A stretch of DNA of 64,000 bases, taken from the NCBI GenBank assembly GCA_009103225.1, contig RHPI01002504.1, positions 154,220 through 218,219 on the forward strand, read 5' to 3'. This document shows positions 43,503 through 55,320 of this stretch, piece after piece. Positions within the stretch are counted from its first letter, which is position 1, and every line of letters starts with the position of its first letter. The notes below the pieces were generated by a model. It ran no database searches and had not been told where the DNA came from. It was given only the letters and a program-made list of their open reading frames with translations. A program made the translations under genes and the position numbers. The DNA is from Chlorokybus atmophyticus (lineage: Eukaryota > Plantae > Mesostigma and Chlorokybus algae).

Positions 43503-46500
43503 CTACCTCTGCTGCTGCGGCTGCTGCTGCTGCTGTGTTTCCTTCTGCTCCCGCCGCTGCTTCCGCTGCTCCTTTCCCTGCTGAGCCATTCGCTTTATCT
43601 GTTGGCGCTCCTCCTCCTTCTGCCGCTTCAGCTGCTTACGCAGCTGCTCCTGCTGCTCAAGGGTCTCCTGTGCAGCTATCATCTCCTGCTCACGCTGATA
43701 TGCAGCTTGATGTGCCAGCTTCTTGCCCTCCCGACGACTGCTGATTTGTTCCAGTCGTTCCAATTTCTGCAACCTGCTTGGCCTTGCTTTGCCGAACTCA
43801 AACTTTGAACGATCTAGGAGGTGTGCTTGCTGTTTAACAAGCAAGGTCCGTTCATAAGTCTTGGCAGCCGACACAAGCAAATCGAACTGATCAGCATTCC
43901 AATCTTGGTTGCAAGGACCCTTGGGCACGCCAATGCGCACTACTTTCCTGAGTCCCTGGAGAAACAGTTGTAGTTTAAGGGCCTTAGGCACCAGCTCAAC
44001 GCAGGTGTTTGCCACCCCGCACAATTGTGCAAACTGCGCGTGATATTCGTCCACGGTGCGCTCCCCCTGTTGCACACGATGCAGCTTCTGGAAAGCACTG
44101 GAAGGCGTGTTGGCCCTTTGCAAAGCAGCTCGCTGTTGGCGGCGTGACGGGCGGCGTCTGCGTTTCTTGGGGTCACTGGTGTCACTGGTTGCTGCGATGC
44201 TGATGTCAATTGACATATCACTGATAGCATCAGCCTCCTCCTCAACAGCGGCATCAACCTGCATAGCGCCAGCCTCCTGCTGGCTCCTGGCCTCAGCCTC
44301 CTGCCTTTGCTGGTCTTTAGCCTCGTTGGCCTTAGCCTCCTGCCTCTGCTTGGCCTTGGCCTCCTCCTGCTTGGCCTTAGCATTGGCCTCATCCTGCTTG
44401 GCCTTGGCCTCCTCCTGCTGCTGCTTGGCCTCGGCCTCCAGCCTCTGCTTGGCCTTGGCATTGGCCTCATCCTGCTTGGCCTTGGCCTCCGCCTCCTGCC
44501 TCTGCTTGGCCTCGGCCTCCTCCTGCCGCTGCTTGGCATTGTCCTCATCCAGCTTGGCCTTGGCCTCCGCCTCCTGCCGCTGCTTGGCCTGCTGCTTGGC
44601 CTCCTGCTTGGCCTGCTTGGCCTCGGCATCAGCTTGCTGCTTGGGCTGGGGCTCGGCTTGCTGCTTGGGCTGGGGCTGGGGCTGCGGCTCGGGCTGGGGC
44701 TGGGCTTGCTGCTGGGGCTGGGGCTGGAGCTGGGGCTCGGCTTGCTGCTTGGGCTGGGGCTGGGGCTGCGGCTCGGGCTGGGGCTGGGCTTGCTGCTGGG
44801 GCTGGGGCTGGAGCTGGGGCTCGGCTTGCTGCTTGGGCTGGGGCTGGGGCTGCGGCTCGGGCTCGGGCTGGGCTTGCTGCTGGGGCTCGGGCTGGGGCTC
44901 GGGCTGGGGCTGGGGCTCGGGCTCGGCATCTGCAGGGTACATGCAGCGCAGGACTTCTGGTGGCATGTCGGTGCGCTGCCAAGAGAGTATACCATTTGCA
45001 TCACCAACAGACATGTAATGCGCGCTGGGCTTGCTTGGATCCGTGTTGCCAATGATTATATGGCCAGCCACATCGATAACATCCTCGCCAATCACCACTA
45101 CAGGTTTGACGGAATGCTTATCTCCCTTGGCATCCACTGTGTAGTACCTCCCGACATCGCCTTCGATGAGGCCGCCCTTGTGCTCTGCTTCCCAGCAGTA
45201 CTGCTTCTCGTCGGCAACCTCAGTGAGCTGCACAGTACCGATGTGAATGCCAAGAGCGTGCGCCATGATCGCCACTTGCAGTTGATCGGTATAAACGCTC
45301 TCTTCAGCGATCACTTTCTGCAGAGCTTCTACAGCGGTGGCTTTATCTTGCTTAGTCTTGAGTTGCTTTTTGTTAAGTGCCCTGGTTACGCCATATTTCC
45401 TGGCCATCTTTTTTTAATCCTGGCCCATGTCACCACAGGCCCCGTAGTTGCGATACTCCAGCAACCAATAAAGGTTGACCTGCTCAGCACAGATCTTCCG
45501 AAGCTTTTACGCTTGCTCTCTTGTTGGCAGCTGTTTGCCATTGTCCAGCACAATGCTTCGCCAGAAAGACCCGTTGTCCGCTGTGTTCGCGCGTGTCAAG
45601 CACGCAGCGTTCACGCGAGGGCGCGACTGGGCAAGGCAGGCATAGAAGCAATTCCCATCTGCATAGGCATCGAAAAGCCGAAGCCGGTGTTTATCATGCA
45701 ACAGCCCAACCAGCTCTAACTCGCCCTCCGTTTCTGCTGGAGGTAGACCGTCTTCTGATTCAACAGCAGAAGTAGAGGTACCGGCTTCAGGTCGAGGCCC
45801 TTCCTGCATTTGTGCAGTCTGGGACTTGGGTGGGGCCTCAGCTTTCTGCTGGGCCTCCGCGTCGGCTTGCTGCTTGGCCTCAGCATCCGCTTGCTGCTTG
45901 GCCTCCGCGTCGGCTTGCTGCTTGGCTTGGGCCTCCACTTGCTGCTTGGGCGCCTCTGTTTCGTAGTCAAGACCATATTCCCCGATGTCGATGCCCATAG
46001 CAGCTGCCTCTGGATCACATAGCCTTAGCTCTTCCTCCACATACTGCCGTAGCTTGAGCCTCCATTCTCGATTGAGGGAAGCCAAGTCTGGTTTGCACAG
46101 CGCTTTCTTGATAAAGACCACCAGCTCACCCCATAGCATGAGGTTCTTGCTCTTCGCCTTCGCTTTCCTCCAGTCAGAGAATTTCTTTCACCACTTTGTC
46201 TTCGTTTCTTCATGGATGTCATTATCGGTAACAACATCTTCAAGGCCAAAATGCCCGAGGTCCATACCCCTAGCAGCTGCCTCCGAATCACAAAGCCTGA
46301 GCTGGTCCTCCACGAACTTCCATAGGCAGATCTGCAAGTTCTTGTCGAGCTCAAGCAAGCGAGGATCTTCATTCAGGTTCTTCTGCATTACTTCAACCAC
46401 GACATCCCAACTGTATTCTGCGGACATCTTCGCCTTCCCAGCCTTCTCCTCCTCCCTTAGTTTCCGCCAATTATTGAACCCCTCCAGCAACTGAGCCTTT

Positions 46501-46556
46501 GTGGTGTCAAAAAGGTCTGCAATAGACAGTGTTATTGCAACAATGGTGGCAAACAA
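43503..46556 (-). pseudogene. OTU deubiquitinase / PQ- and AKQ-repeat / Gag-capsid-like protein; one frame with three premature stops
   Basis: ORFs 46188-46556, 45507-46139 and 43503-45407 share one frame, with stops at 46188, 45507 and 45414. OTU motifs ADGNCFYACL, YTDQLQVAIMAHALGIHI, HYMSV. Further upstream exons are likely. Confidence 0.75.
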
Positions 46557-46949
46557 CCGCAGTGAGCATGCGTTAGTATGGTCAGCTGGAACAGCGCTAC
46601 ATTGCTTGATTTCTTGCAGGGTTTCTGCATGACAGCTTCCTTCTTAGCAGGTTCCTTCTTGTGCGCTGGACCCTTGTGCTTCTTGTCTGTGTGCATGACC
46701 AGTGTTACCACATGTTAACGATAATCATGCTGAACAAGCATACATTACTTATTACCTGCAGGCTTAAACTGGCCAAGGGGAACGAGCTTTCGCTTGGACA
46801 TGATGAACGACCTGAGGAAAGCCTCACAGCCAAAAACAAGCACACATAGTTGAGCAACATGAGCATGCACACACACACACGGCTGCCTATTTGAGCATGC
46901 AGACAAGCCTGAGCATGCACACTTTAGCCTCAGCCATAATGAAAACTAT

Positions 46950-47221
46950 AAAACAGCTTGAAAACTGAGCAAGAGGTGGTCTTACGCACGAGGCCGCCCC
47001 TCTGGTTAGCATCAAGTGGTGGCTAACAAGAGTGCATGCTCAAATAAAACAGCTTGAAAACTGAGCAAGAGGTGGTCTTACGCACGAGGCCGCCCCTTTG
47101 GTTAGCATCAAGTGGTGGCTAACAAGAGTGCATGCTCAAATAAAACAGCTTGAAAACTGAGCAAGAGGTGGTCTTACGCACGAGGCCGCCCCTCTGGTTA
47201 GCATCAAGTGGTGGCTAACAA
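46950..47221. repeat. 96-bp tandem repeat, about 2.8 copies
   Basis: aaaacagcttgaaaactgagcaagaggtggtcttacgcacgaggccgcccc recurs at 46950, 47046 and 47142. Confidence 0.93.
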
Positions 47222-47869
47222 CATAGACAACATGCACTTTTGATAGTTAGCGAAATGATCAAACGGGCATGCATGCAAACAAAGACAAGCACGGCATGTG
47301 CTGCACCTTGTTGGAAGCAGTGCCAAAACCCTCCAGCAAGCCCACCCGAAGCTGCAAGAAACCACCTCGCCAGGATTCTCGGACCCAATGAAGTAACTAC
47401 AACAACCAAGCGAAAACACAACACTTCAGCATTGAAGCCAACGCCGCCGCCGACCTCGCCAACAACGCCGCCCTTGCCGCCCAGCCTTGCCAGTTGCAAG
47501 TTGTCTGCTCGATCGCTACACCAAAACCCTAAGCAAATCAGTGATGGTCCATCAGTGATGGGCTATCACCTTTGACGCCATAGCCGGCATCCCTAACCCT
47601 AACCCTGATGTTTTTGTAAGTTGTTGTAGTTTGCAAGGTTGGTGGCGGGGAGGTTGTTGTGGTCGGCGGCAAGGTCGTCTTGGTCGGCCGCGGCAGCGTC
47701 TTTAGTTATAAAGGTTGTGGGCGGCGTGGTCGGCGGCGAGGTGCTTGAGGTTGGCGGCGACGGCGGCAGCCATCCTTGGTTGATGCAGAGCTACTTAGGC
47801 AGATACGTGCAAGCCTGCCTGCATGCATGTTTTGTTTGTGCGCGTGCGTGTGTGTATGTGTGCTGGTCA

Positions 47870-48180
47870 TTCACTGGGGCGGCATGTAAGCCCTCAGTGT
47901 CCTGCCTTGTGGTTTCCGTTATTTGCATGTGTTGGTGATTCACTGGGGCGGCATGTAAGCCCTCAGTGACCTGCCTTGTGGTTTTGTTTCTGTGGTTCTG
48001 TTGGTGATTCACTGGGGCGGTCTGTAAGACCTCAGTGACCTGCCTTGTTTTTGTGTTTCTGTGCATGCGTGCTGGTGAGTCGCTGGGGCGGTCTGTAAGA
48101 CCTCAGTATCCTGCCTTGTGGTTTTGTTTTTCTGTGAATGTGTTGGTGAGGAGCTGGGGCGGTCTGTAAGACCTCAGACC
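47870..48180. repeat. About five diverged ~70-bp repeats
   Basis: Core ctggggcgg(ca/tc)tgtaag(c/a)cctcagt recurs about every 68-71 bp. Confidence 0.85.
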
Positions 48181-48399
48181 GGCCCTGTGGTGTGGATTGG
48201 GTGAATGTTTTTGTGACTCTGTTTCGCCATATGTCATAACCCTAACCCTAACCGCCCGGACATGTTGTTGTAGGTTGTGGCCGGGAGGCAGCGAGGTTGC
48301 CGTGGTTGGCGGCGAAGTCTTTGAGGTCGGTGGCGACGGCGCCAGCGATCTTGAGTTCCTAGCAAGAAGCTCAGGCAGATACGTCGCATGCAGATTGTA

Positions 48400-51300
48400 G
48401 TCAAGGTCGTCGTCGGCGGCGCCGGCGCAGGCAAGGTCATCGTCGTCGTCGGCGGCGGCGGCGATGCTGGAGCGCTAGCGGCTACACAGCAGATACGTGC
48501 ATGCCGTGCTTCCTTGCGCATTCCATGCATGTGTGTGTGTGTGTGTGCGTGCTGTGCGTGATGTGTTTGCTGCAAGCCGCTGGGGCAGCCTTGTGCATAA
48601 CCCCTCAGTGGCCTTACCTGTGCTGCGGCACAAACGTTGTTTGCTGCCAGCCGCTGGGGCAGCCTTGTGCGTAACCCCTCATTGGCCTTACCTGTGCTGC
48701 GGCACAAAAGCTGTTTGCTGCAAGCCGCTGGGGCAGCCTTGGGCATAACCCCTCAGTGGCCTTGCGGCAAAAGGGTGTTCTTTCTGTGTGTGCTTGCGCT
48801 AGCATTGTGTCTTTCAAGAGTCATTTCCCTGCTCCATTTCTGACTCTACTGTTGGTGAACTACGGTGTGTGATCTACAGGTAAACAGCTACCATTCAGCG
48901 ATGGCCGGTCGCTTTAGGTCCATGGACTTAGGTCATGGACTTAGGGTTTTGGAGTTACAGCAGCCATTTCGCATGCAGATTTTAGTCAAGGTCGGCGGCG
49001 GCGGCGCCGGCGCAGGCAAGGTCATCGTCGTCGTCGTCGTCGTTGGCGATGCTGGAGCGCTAGCGGCTACACAGCAGATACGTGCATGCCGTGCTTCCTT
49101 GCGCATGCCATGCATGTGTGTGTGTGTGTGTGTGCGTGCTGTGCGTGCTGTGTTTGCTGCAAGCCGCTGGGGCAGCCTTGTGCATAACCCCTCAGTGGCC
49201 TTACCTGTGCTGCGGCACAAAAGTTGTTTGCTGCAAGCCGCTGGGGCAGCCTTGGGCATAACCCCTCAGTGGCCTTGCCTGTGCTGCGGCAAAAAGGTGT
49301 TTGCTGCAAGCCGCTGGGGCAGCCTTGTGCATAACCCCTCAGTGGCCTTGCCTGTGCTGCGGCACAAAAGTTGTTTGCTGCAAGCCGCTGGGGCAGCCTT
49401 GGGCATAACCCCTCAGTGGCCTTGCCTGTGCTGCGGCAAAAAGGTGTTTGCTGCAAGCCGCTGGGGCAGCCTTGTGCATAACCCCTCAGTGGCCTTGCCT
49501 GTGCTGCGGCACAAAAGCTGTTTGCTGCAAGCCGCTGGGGCAGCCTTGGGCATAACCCCTCAGTGGCCTTGCCTGTGCTGCGGCAAAAAGGTGTTTGCTG
49601 CAAGCCGCTGGGGCAGCCTTGTGCATAACCCCTCAGTGGCCTTGCCTGTGCTGCGGCACAAAAGCTGTTTGCTGCAAGCCGCTGGGGCAGCCTTGGGCAT
49701 AACCCCTCAGTGGCCTTGCCTGTGCTGCGGCAAAAAGGTGTTTGCTGCAAGCCGCTGGGGCAGCCTTGTGCATAACCCCTCAGTGGCCTTGCCTGTGCTG
49801 CGGCACAAAAGCTGTTTGCTGCAAGCCGCTGGGGCAGCCTTGGGCATAACCCCTCAGTGGCCTTGCCTGTGCTGCGGCAAAAAGGTGTTTGCTGCAAGCC
49901 GCTGGGGCAGCCTTGTGCATAACCCCTCAGTGGCCTTGCCTGTGCTGCGGCACAAAAGTTGTTTGCTGCAAGCCGCTGGGGCAGCCTTGGGCATAACCCC
50001 TCAGTGGCCTTGCCTGTGCTGCGGCAAAAAGGTGTTTGCTGCAAGCCGCTGGGGCAGCCTTGTGCATAACCCCTCAGTGGCCTTGCCTGTGCTGCGGCAC
50101 AAAAGTTGTTTGCTGCAAGCCGCTGGGGCAGCCTTGGGCATAACCCCTCAGTGGCCTTGCCTGTGCTGCGGCAAAAAGGTGTTTGCTGCAAGCCGCTGGG
50201 GCAGCCTTGTGCATAACCCCTCAGTGGCCTTGCCTGTGCTGCGGCACAAAAGTTGTTTGCTGCAAGCCGCTGGGGCAGCCTTGGGCATAACCCCTCAGTG
50301 GCCTTGCCTGTGCTGCGGCAAAAAGGTGTTTGCTGCAAGCCGCTGGGGCAGCCTTGTGCATAACCCCTCAGTGGCCTTGCCTGTGCTGCGGCACAAAAGT
50401 TGTTTGCTGCAAGCCGCTGGGGCAGCCTTGGGCATAACCCCTCAGTGGCCTTGCCTGTGCTGCGGCAAAAAGGTGTTTGCTGCAAGCCGCTGGGGCAGCC
50501 TTGTGCATAACCCCTCAGTGGCCTTGCCTGTGCTGCGGCACAAAAGTTGTTTGCTGCAAGCCGCTGGGGCAGCCTTGGGCATAACCCCTCAGTGGCCTTG
50601 CCTGTGCTGCGGCAAAAAGGTGTTTGCTGCAAGCCGCTGGGGCAGCCTTGTGCATAACCCCTCAGTGGCCTTGCCTGTGCTGCGGCACAAAAGTTGTTTG
50701 CTGCAAGCCGCTGGGGCAGCCTTGGGCATAACCCCTCAGTGGCCTTGCCTGTGCTGCGGCAAAAAGGTGTTTGCTGCAAGCCGCTGGGGCAGCCTTGTGC
50801 ATAACCCCTCAGTGGCCTTGCCTGTGCTGCGGCACAAAAGTTGTTTGCTGCAAGCCGCTGGGGCAGCCTTGGGCATAACCCCTCAGTGGCCTTGCCTGTG
50901 CTGCGGCAAAAAGGTGTTTGCTGCAAGCCGCTGGGGCAGCCTTGTGCATAACCCCTCAGTGGCCTTGCCTGTGCTGCGGCACAAAAGTTGTTTGCTGCAA
51001 GCCGCTGGGGCAGCCTTGGGCATAACCCCTCAGTGGCCTTGCCTGTGCTGCGGCAAAAAGGTGTTTGCTGCAAGCCGCTGGGGCAGCCTTGTGCATAACC
51101 CCTCAGTGGCCTTGCCTGTGCTGCGGCACAAAAGTTGTTTGCTGCAAGCCGCTGGGGCAGCCTTGGGCATAACCCCTCAGTGGCCTTGCCTGTGCTGCGG
51201 CAAAAAGGTGTTTGCTGCAAGCCGCTGGGGCAGCCTTGTGCATAACCCCTCAGTGGCCTTGCCTGTGCTGCGGCACAAAAGTTGTTTGCTGCAAGCCGCT

Positions 51301-52881
51301 GGGGCAGCCTTGGGCATAACCCCTCAGTGGCCTTGCCTGTGCTGCGGCAAAAAGGTGTTTGCTGCAAGCCGCTGGGGCAGCCTTGTGCATAACCCCTCAG
51401 TGGCCTTGCCTGTGCTGCGGCACAAAAGTTGTTTGCTGCAAGCCGCTGGGGCAGCCTTGGGCATAACCCCTCAGTGGCCTTGCCTGTGCTGCGGCAAAAA
51501 GGTGTTTGCTGCAAGCCGCTGGGGCAGCCTTGGGCATAACCCCTCAGTGGCCTTGCGGCAAAAAGGTGTTCTTTCTGTGTGTGCTTGCGCTAGCATTGTG
51601 TCTTTCAAGAGTCATTTCCCTGCTCCATTTCTGACTCTACTGTTGGTGAACTACGGTGTGTGATCTACAGGTAAACAGCTACCATTCAGCGATGGCCGGT
51701 CGCTTTAGGTCCATGGACTTAGGTCATGGACTTAGGGTTTTGGAGTTACAGCAGCCATTTCGCATGCAGATTTTAGTCAAGGTTGGCGGCGGCGGCGCCG
51801 GCGCAGGCAAGGTCATCGTCGTCGTCGTCGTCGTTGGCGATGCTGGAGCGCTAGCGGCTACACAGCAGATACGTGCATGCCGTGCTTCCTTGCGCATGCC
51901 ATGCATGTGTGTGTGTGTGTGTGCGTGCTGTGCGTGCTGTGTTTGCTGCAAGCCGCTGGGGCAGCCTTGTGCATAACCCCTCAGTGGCCTTACCTGTGCT
52001 GCGGCACAAAAGTTGTTTGCTGCAAGCCGCTGGGGCAGCCTTGGGCATAACCCCTCAGTGGCCTTGCCTGTGCTGCGGCAAAAAGGTGTTTGCTGCAAGC
52101 CGCTGGGGCAGCCTTGTGCATAACCCCTCAGTGGCCTTGCCTGTGCTGCAGCAAAAAGGTGTTTGCTGCAAGCCGCTGGGGCAGCCTTGTGCATAACCCC
52201 TCAGTGGCCTTACCTGTGCTGCGGCACAAAAGGTGTTTGCTGCAAGCCGCTGGGGCAGCCTTGGGCATAACCCCTCAGTGGCCTTGCGGCAAAAGGGTGT
52301 TCTTTCTGTGTGTGCTTGCGCTAGCATTGTGTCTTTCAAGAGTCATTTCCCTGCTCCATTTCTGACTCTACTGTTGGTGAACTACGGTGTGTGATCTACA
52401 GGTAAACAGCTACCATTCAGCGATGGCCGGTCGCTTTAGGTCCATGGACTTAGGTCATGGACTTAGGGTTTTGGAGTTACAGCAGCCATTTCGCATGCAG
52501 ATTTTAGTCAAGGTCGGCGGCGGCGGCGCCGGCGCAGGCAAGGTCATCGTCGTCGGCGGCGGCGGCGGCGATGCTGGAGCGCTAGCGGCTACACAGCAGA
52601 TACGTGCATGCCGTGCTTCCTTGCGCATGTCATGCATGTGTGTGTGTGTGTGTGCGTGCTGTGCGTGCTGTGTTTGCTGCAAGCCGCTGGGGCAGCCTTG
52701 GGCATAATTCCTCAGTGGCCTTGCGGCAAAAGGGTGTTCTTTCTGTGTGTGCTTGCGCTAGCATTGTGTCTTTCCAAAGTTATTTCCCTGCTCTATTTCT
52801 GACTCTACTGTTGGTTAACTACGGTGTGTGATCCACAGGTAAACAGCTACCATTTCGCGATGGCCGGTCGCTTTAGGTCCA
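48400..52881. repeat. Higher-order tandem repeat: four units, each with a variable array of 73/74-bp monomers (147-bp dimer)
   Basis: Shared tail ...gtgtgatc(t/c)acaggtaaacagctacca.. near 48865, 51656, 52387 and 52825; main array 49150-51555 has about 33 monomers; 49-aa period in the ORF track equals 147 nt. Confidence 0.95.
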
Positions 52882-53873
52882 GTGTAGTTGATCTCGTCGA
52901 ACATGAGGTAGGTATTTGGTCTTGACTCAGATGCTTGCATGCATTCAACAGAGGGTATGATGATTCAGCCGGCTGCTTCCAAGACAGCAGGTAAACCAGA
53001 GCTCGCATGCCAGGCATGGTTTGTTTGTGGATGAGACTCAGGTCAGAGTATTTGGCTCTGTGTTTTGGGTGTCTTGGCATTCTTACAGCTGCTATCAACA
53101 GATTGAGCATTGCCTGCAGCATGTTTGCAGGACACCGCCAGTCACGGTGCCCAAGAAGTTGGCAAGAGCTCCAGCGACGACAGGGACAGATAAATGCATC
53201 CTTGCATGCGTATCACATGAATGTGCATGTGTGTGTATGGTGTCCAGTCAGCTGGGGCAGTTGATTGTAAGCCCTCATGTGTGTGTATGCGCGCGTGTGT
53301 CGCAAAAGTCCGTGTTCACTTCTTCTGCTGCGCAAACATACCTTGTATTTGTGCATATGTGAGTGCAGTTGTGAGGGGTTTTTCCAACAGCATGTTTGGG
53401 CAATTCTACTGCCAGTGTTAGGCGCTTGCATGCCTGATTTGTGTCCAACAGTTTTGAGCGCAACCCGCTTTGCCTTGCAGGCTGTGCTACGGCCATGAGG
53501 TAATACAAAGTACAAGGTCAGATCTTTGCGTCATCCTTGCACAAGGCCTATAGTTTGGTGGTAGTTTTGGTAGTTGTATAGTTGTTGTGTAGTTGTTGTT
53601 GTTGTGTAGTTGTATAGTTTGGTGGTAGTTTGGTAGTTGTTGTGTAGTATAGTTGTAATGTAACTAATCTGCTAGTCACTATGTTGTTGTGAACACAATT
53701 GTGGCGGTTGTGCCTGAGCTGATCTGCTGCTAGATCTCCAAGTTGCACAAAGGCACACACCCCACTGTTATCAGTAATTGCACATGCAACAGCCACACTT
53801 GGAGAATTACCAGCAGAGCAGCTCAGCGGTAACCAGAGTGTAAAGGGCAAACAAAGTGTGTGTAGAGCAATGG

Positions 53874-54783
53874 TCATTGCGACGAGTCACTAGAGTCACT
53901 AGGTTCACTAGGAGGGTCGCGAGTGGGGAAAATTCCATTACAAGTTGGTGTGAGATTGGTACCGGGCGTTGCACCAGGTGCAGGGACCTCGGAGCCAGTA
54001 AACACACTCCAGCGTGCAGCAATATTGTTGTCGCACTCGATCACAACGCGCAGGCCAGCAGCGCCATAGGTGCCCGAGTCAATGATAGTGCGAGCAGGAA
54101 GAGGCGCATCATGAGGCGAGGGAGTGTTCTCATGCACGGAGACTGCCACATACACACCGGTTTGTACAGTAGGTGCAATCGCAATGGGTGCCTGATGAAC
54201 AATTCCACGAGTTGAAAGCTCCCAATTGCATAATTGGACCTGACAAACAAGTTTACAGGTTAACTCGCATGTTGCATCGCATTCATTCATAAACGTGCGC
54301 CAGAAGTTGATGCAAATGCATAGGCAGCGCCTCTATTGTTATGGACATGAACTGGACACGCATTCAGGCAGTAGCATGGCATGACATGCACGGCATGTAA
54401 CGCGCAAGGGTGCTGCATGGTAGCAATCAGAGCTGTGCATATATATAGGCGTTCCTATCATAGCAGGACAAACATATGCACACTACACAGGCAAACTCAA
54501 CCCAAATCGCACACAAGGCATACGCATGTACAAACAATGCGCAACAGTATGGCACATGCATAGTGGCATGCATAGTCAGCAGCATGCAGAGTGACATAGC
54601 GCACGCAACTCACACCATGAATAGCGAGAAAGATACCTGATGATAGCGAGCATCGCCAGAGTCCACATAGCCGTTCCACGGTTGTGTCAAGACCTGACCT
54701 AGTCCCACTAATCGCCGCCCGACTGCGAGGAGCGCCTGCGTTAGAGCCTCATTCATGGTGCGCATGGGTACAGGGGGGTCCAT
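53874..54783 (-). CDS. Two-exon ORF of unknown function, about 170 aa (TE cargo)
   Basis: MDPPVPMRTMNEALTQ..DARYHQ|GTATC..TTGTCAG|VQLCNWELSTRG..DSSQ* joins in phase 0; upstream exons near 54900-55080 are possible. Confidence 0.45.
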
Positions 54784-55320
54784 TGTTGCAGCACACAGCA
54801 CTTCACATATCCTATACAACTACCAGCATGCATTGGATGTTTGGGTTAGGGTTACTTATAGTTTGGGGTAAGCCACACAGACACCGTCCTCGGACATGGA
54901 AGATTTCATCGGAAATAGAGAATGTAATTTCGCTTGGTTTGTATGGACCAATAAACATAGAGTTCATTTTGGCAATCAAAGTTTCGACAAAAGGCAATTT
55001 CCACGGCAATTGCTCGTGCGGCCTATTGCGGTCGGAGCAAGCGGAGACGCGACTGGTGTCCGACCAGCACAATTGCTGATGTGGATTTTCCGAACGATCA
55101 CTGCATTCCATTGATTGCAGGGATTTCCGCACCGGGAATTGCACTGATTGTCCCACAGCACCGGCGTACTTGCTGGTTGTGTTGGCGGCGGCGGTGCTGT
55201 GGCGAGGTGAGCGAGCGTTGTCAGCTGTCTTGTCGCACTGCTTTTCTAGTGGTTGCATGCTGGGTCACTTCGTTGCAATTAGCAAATACAGCATGGTGTT
55301 GTGCCGCTAGCATTCTGGAC

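Noticed and set aside
44056-45719. Plus-strand 320-aa and 470-aa ORFs
   Set aside because: Antisense to the repetitive OTU gene; only LGL/CW low-complexity content
48865-51663. 932-aa and 815-aa ORFs
   Set aside because: Stop-free frames of the 147-bp satellite dimer; no coding signal
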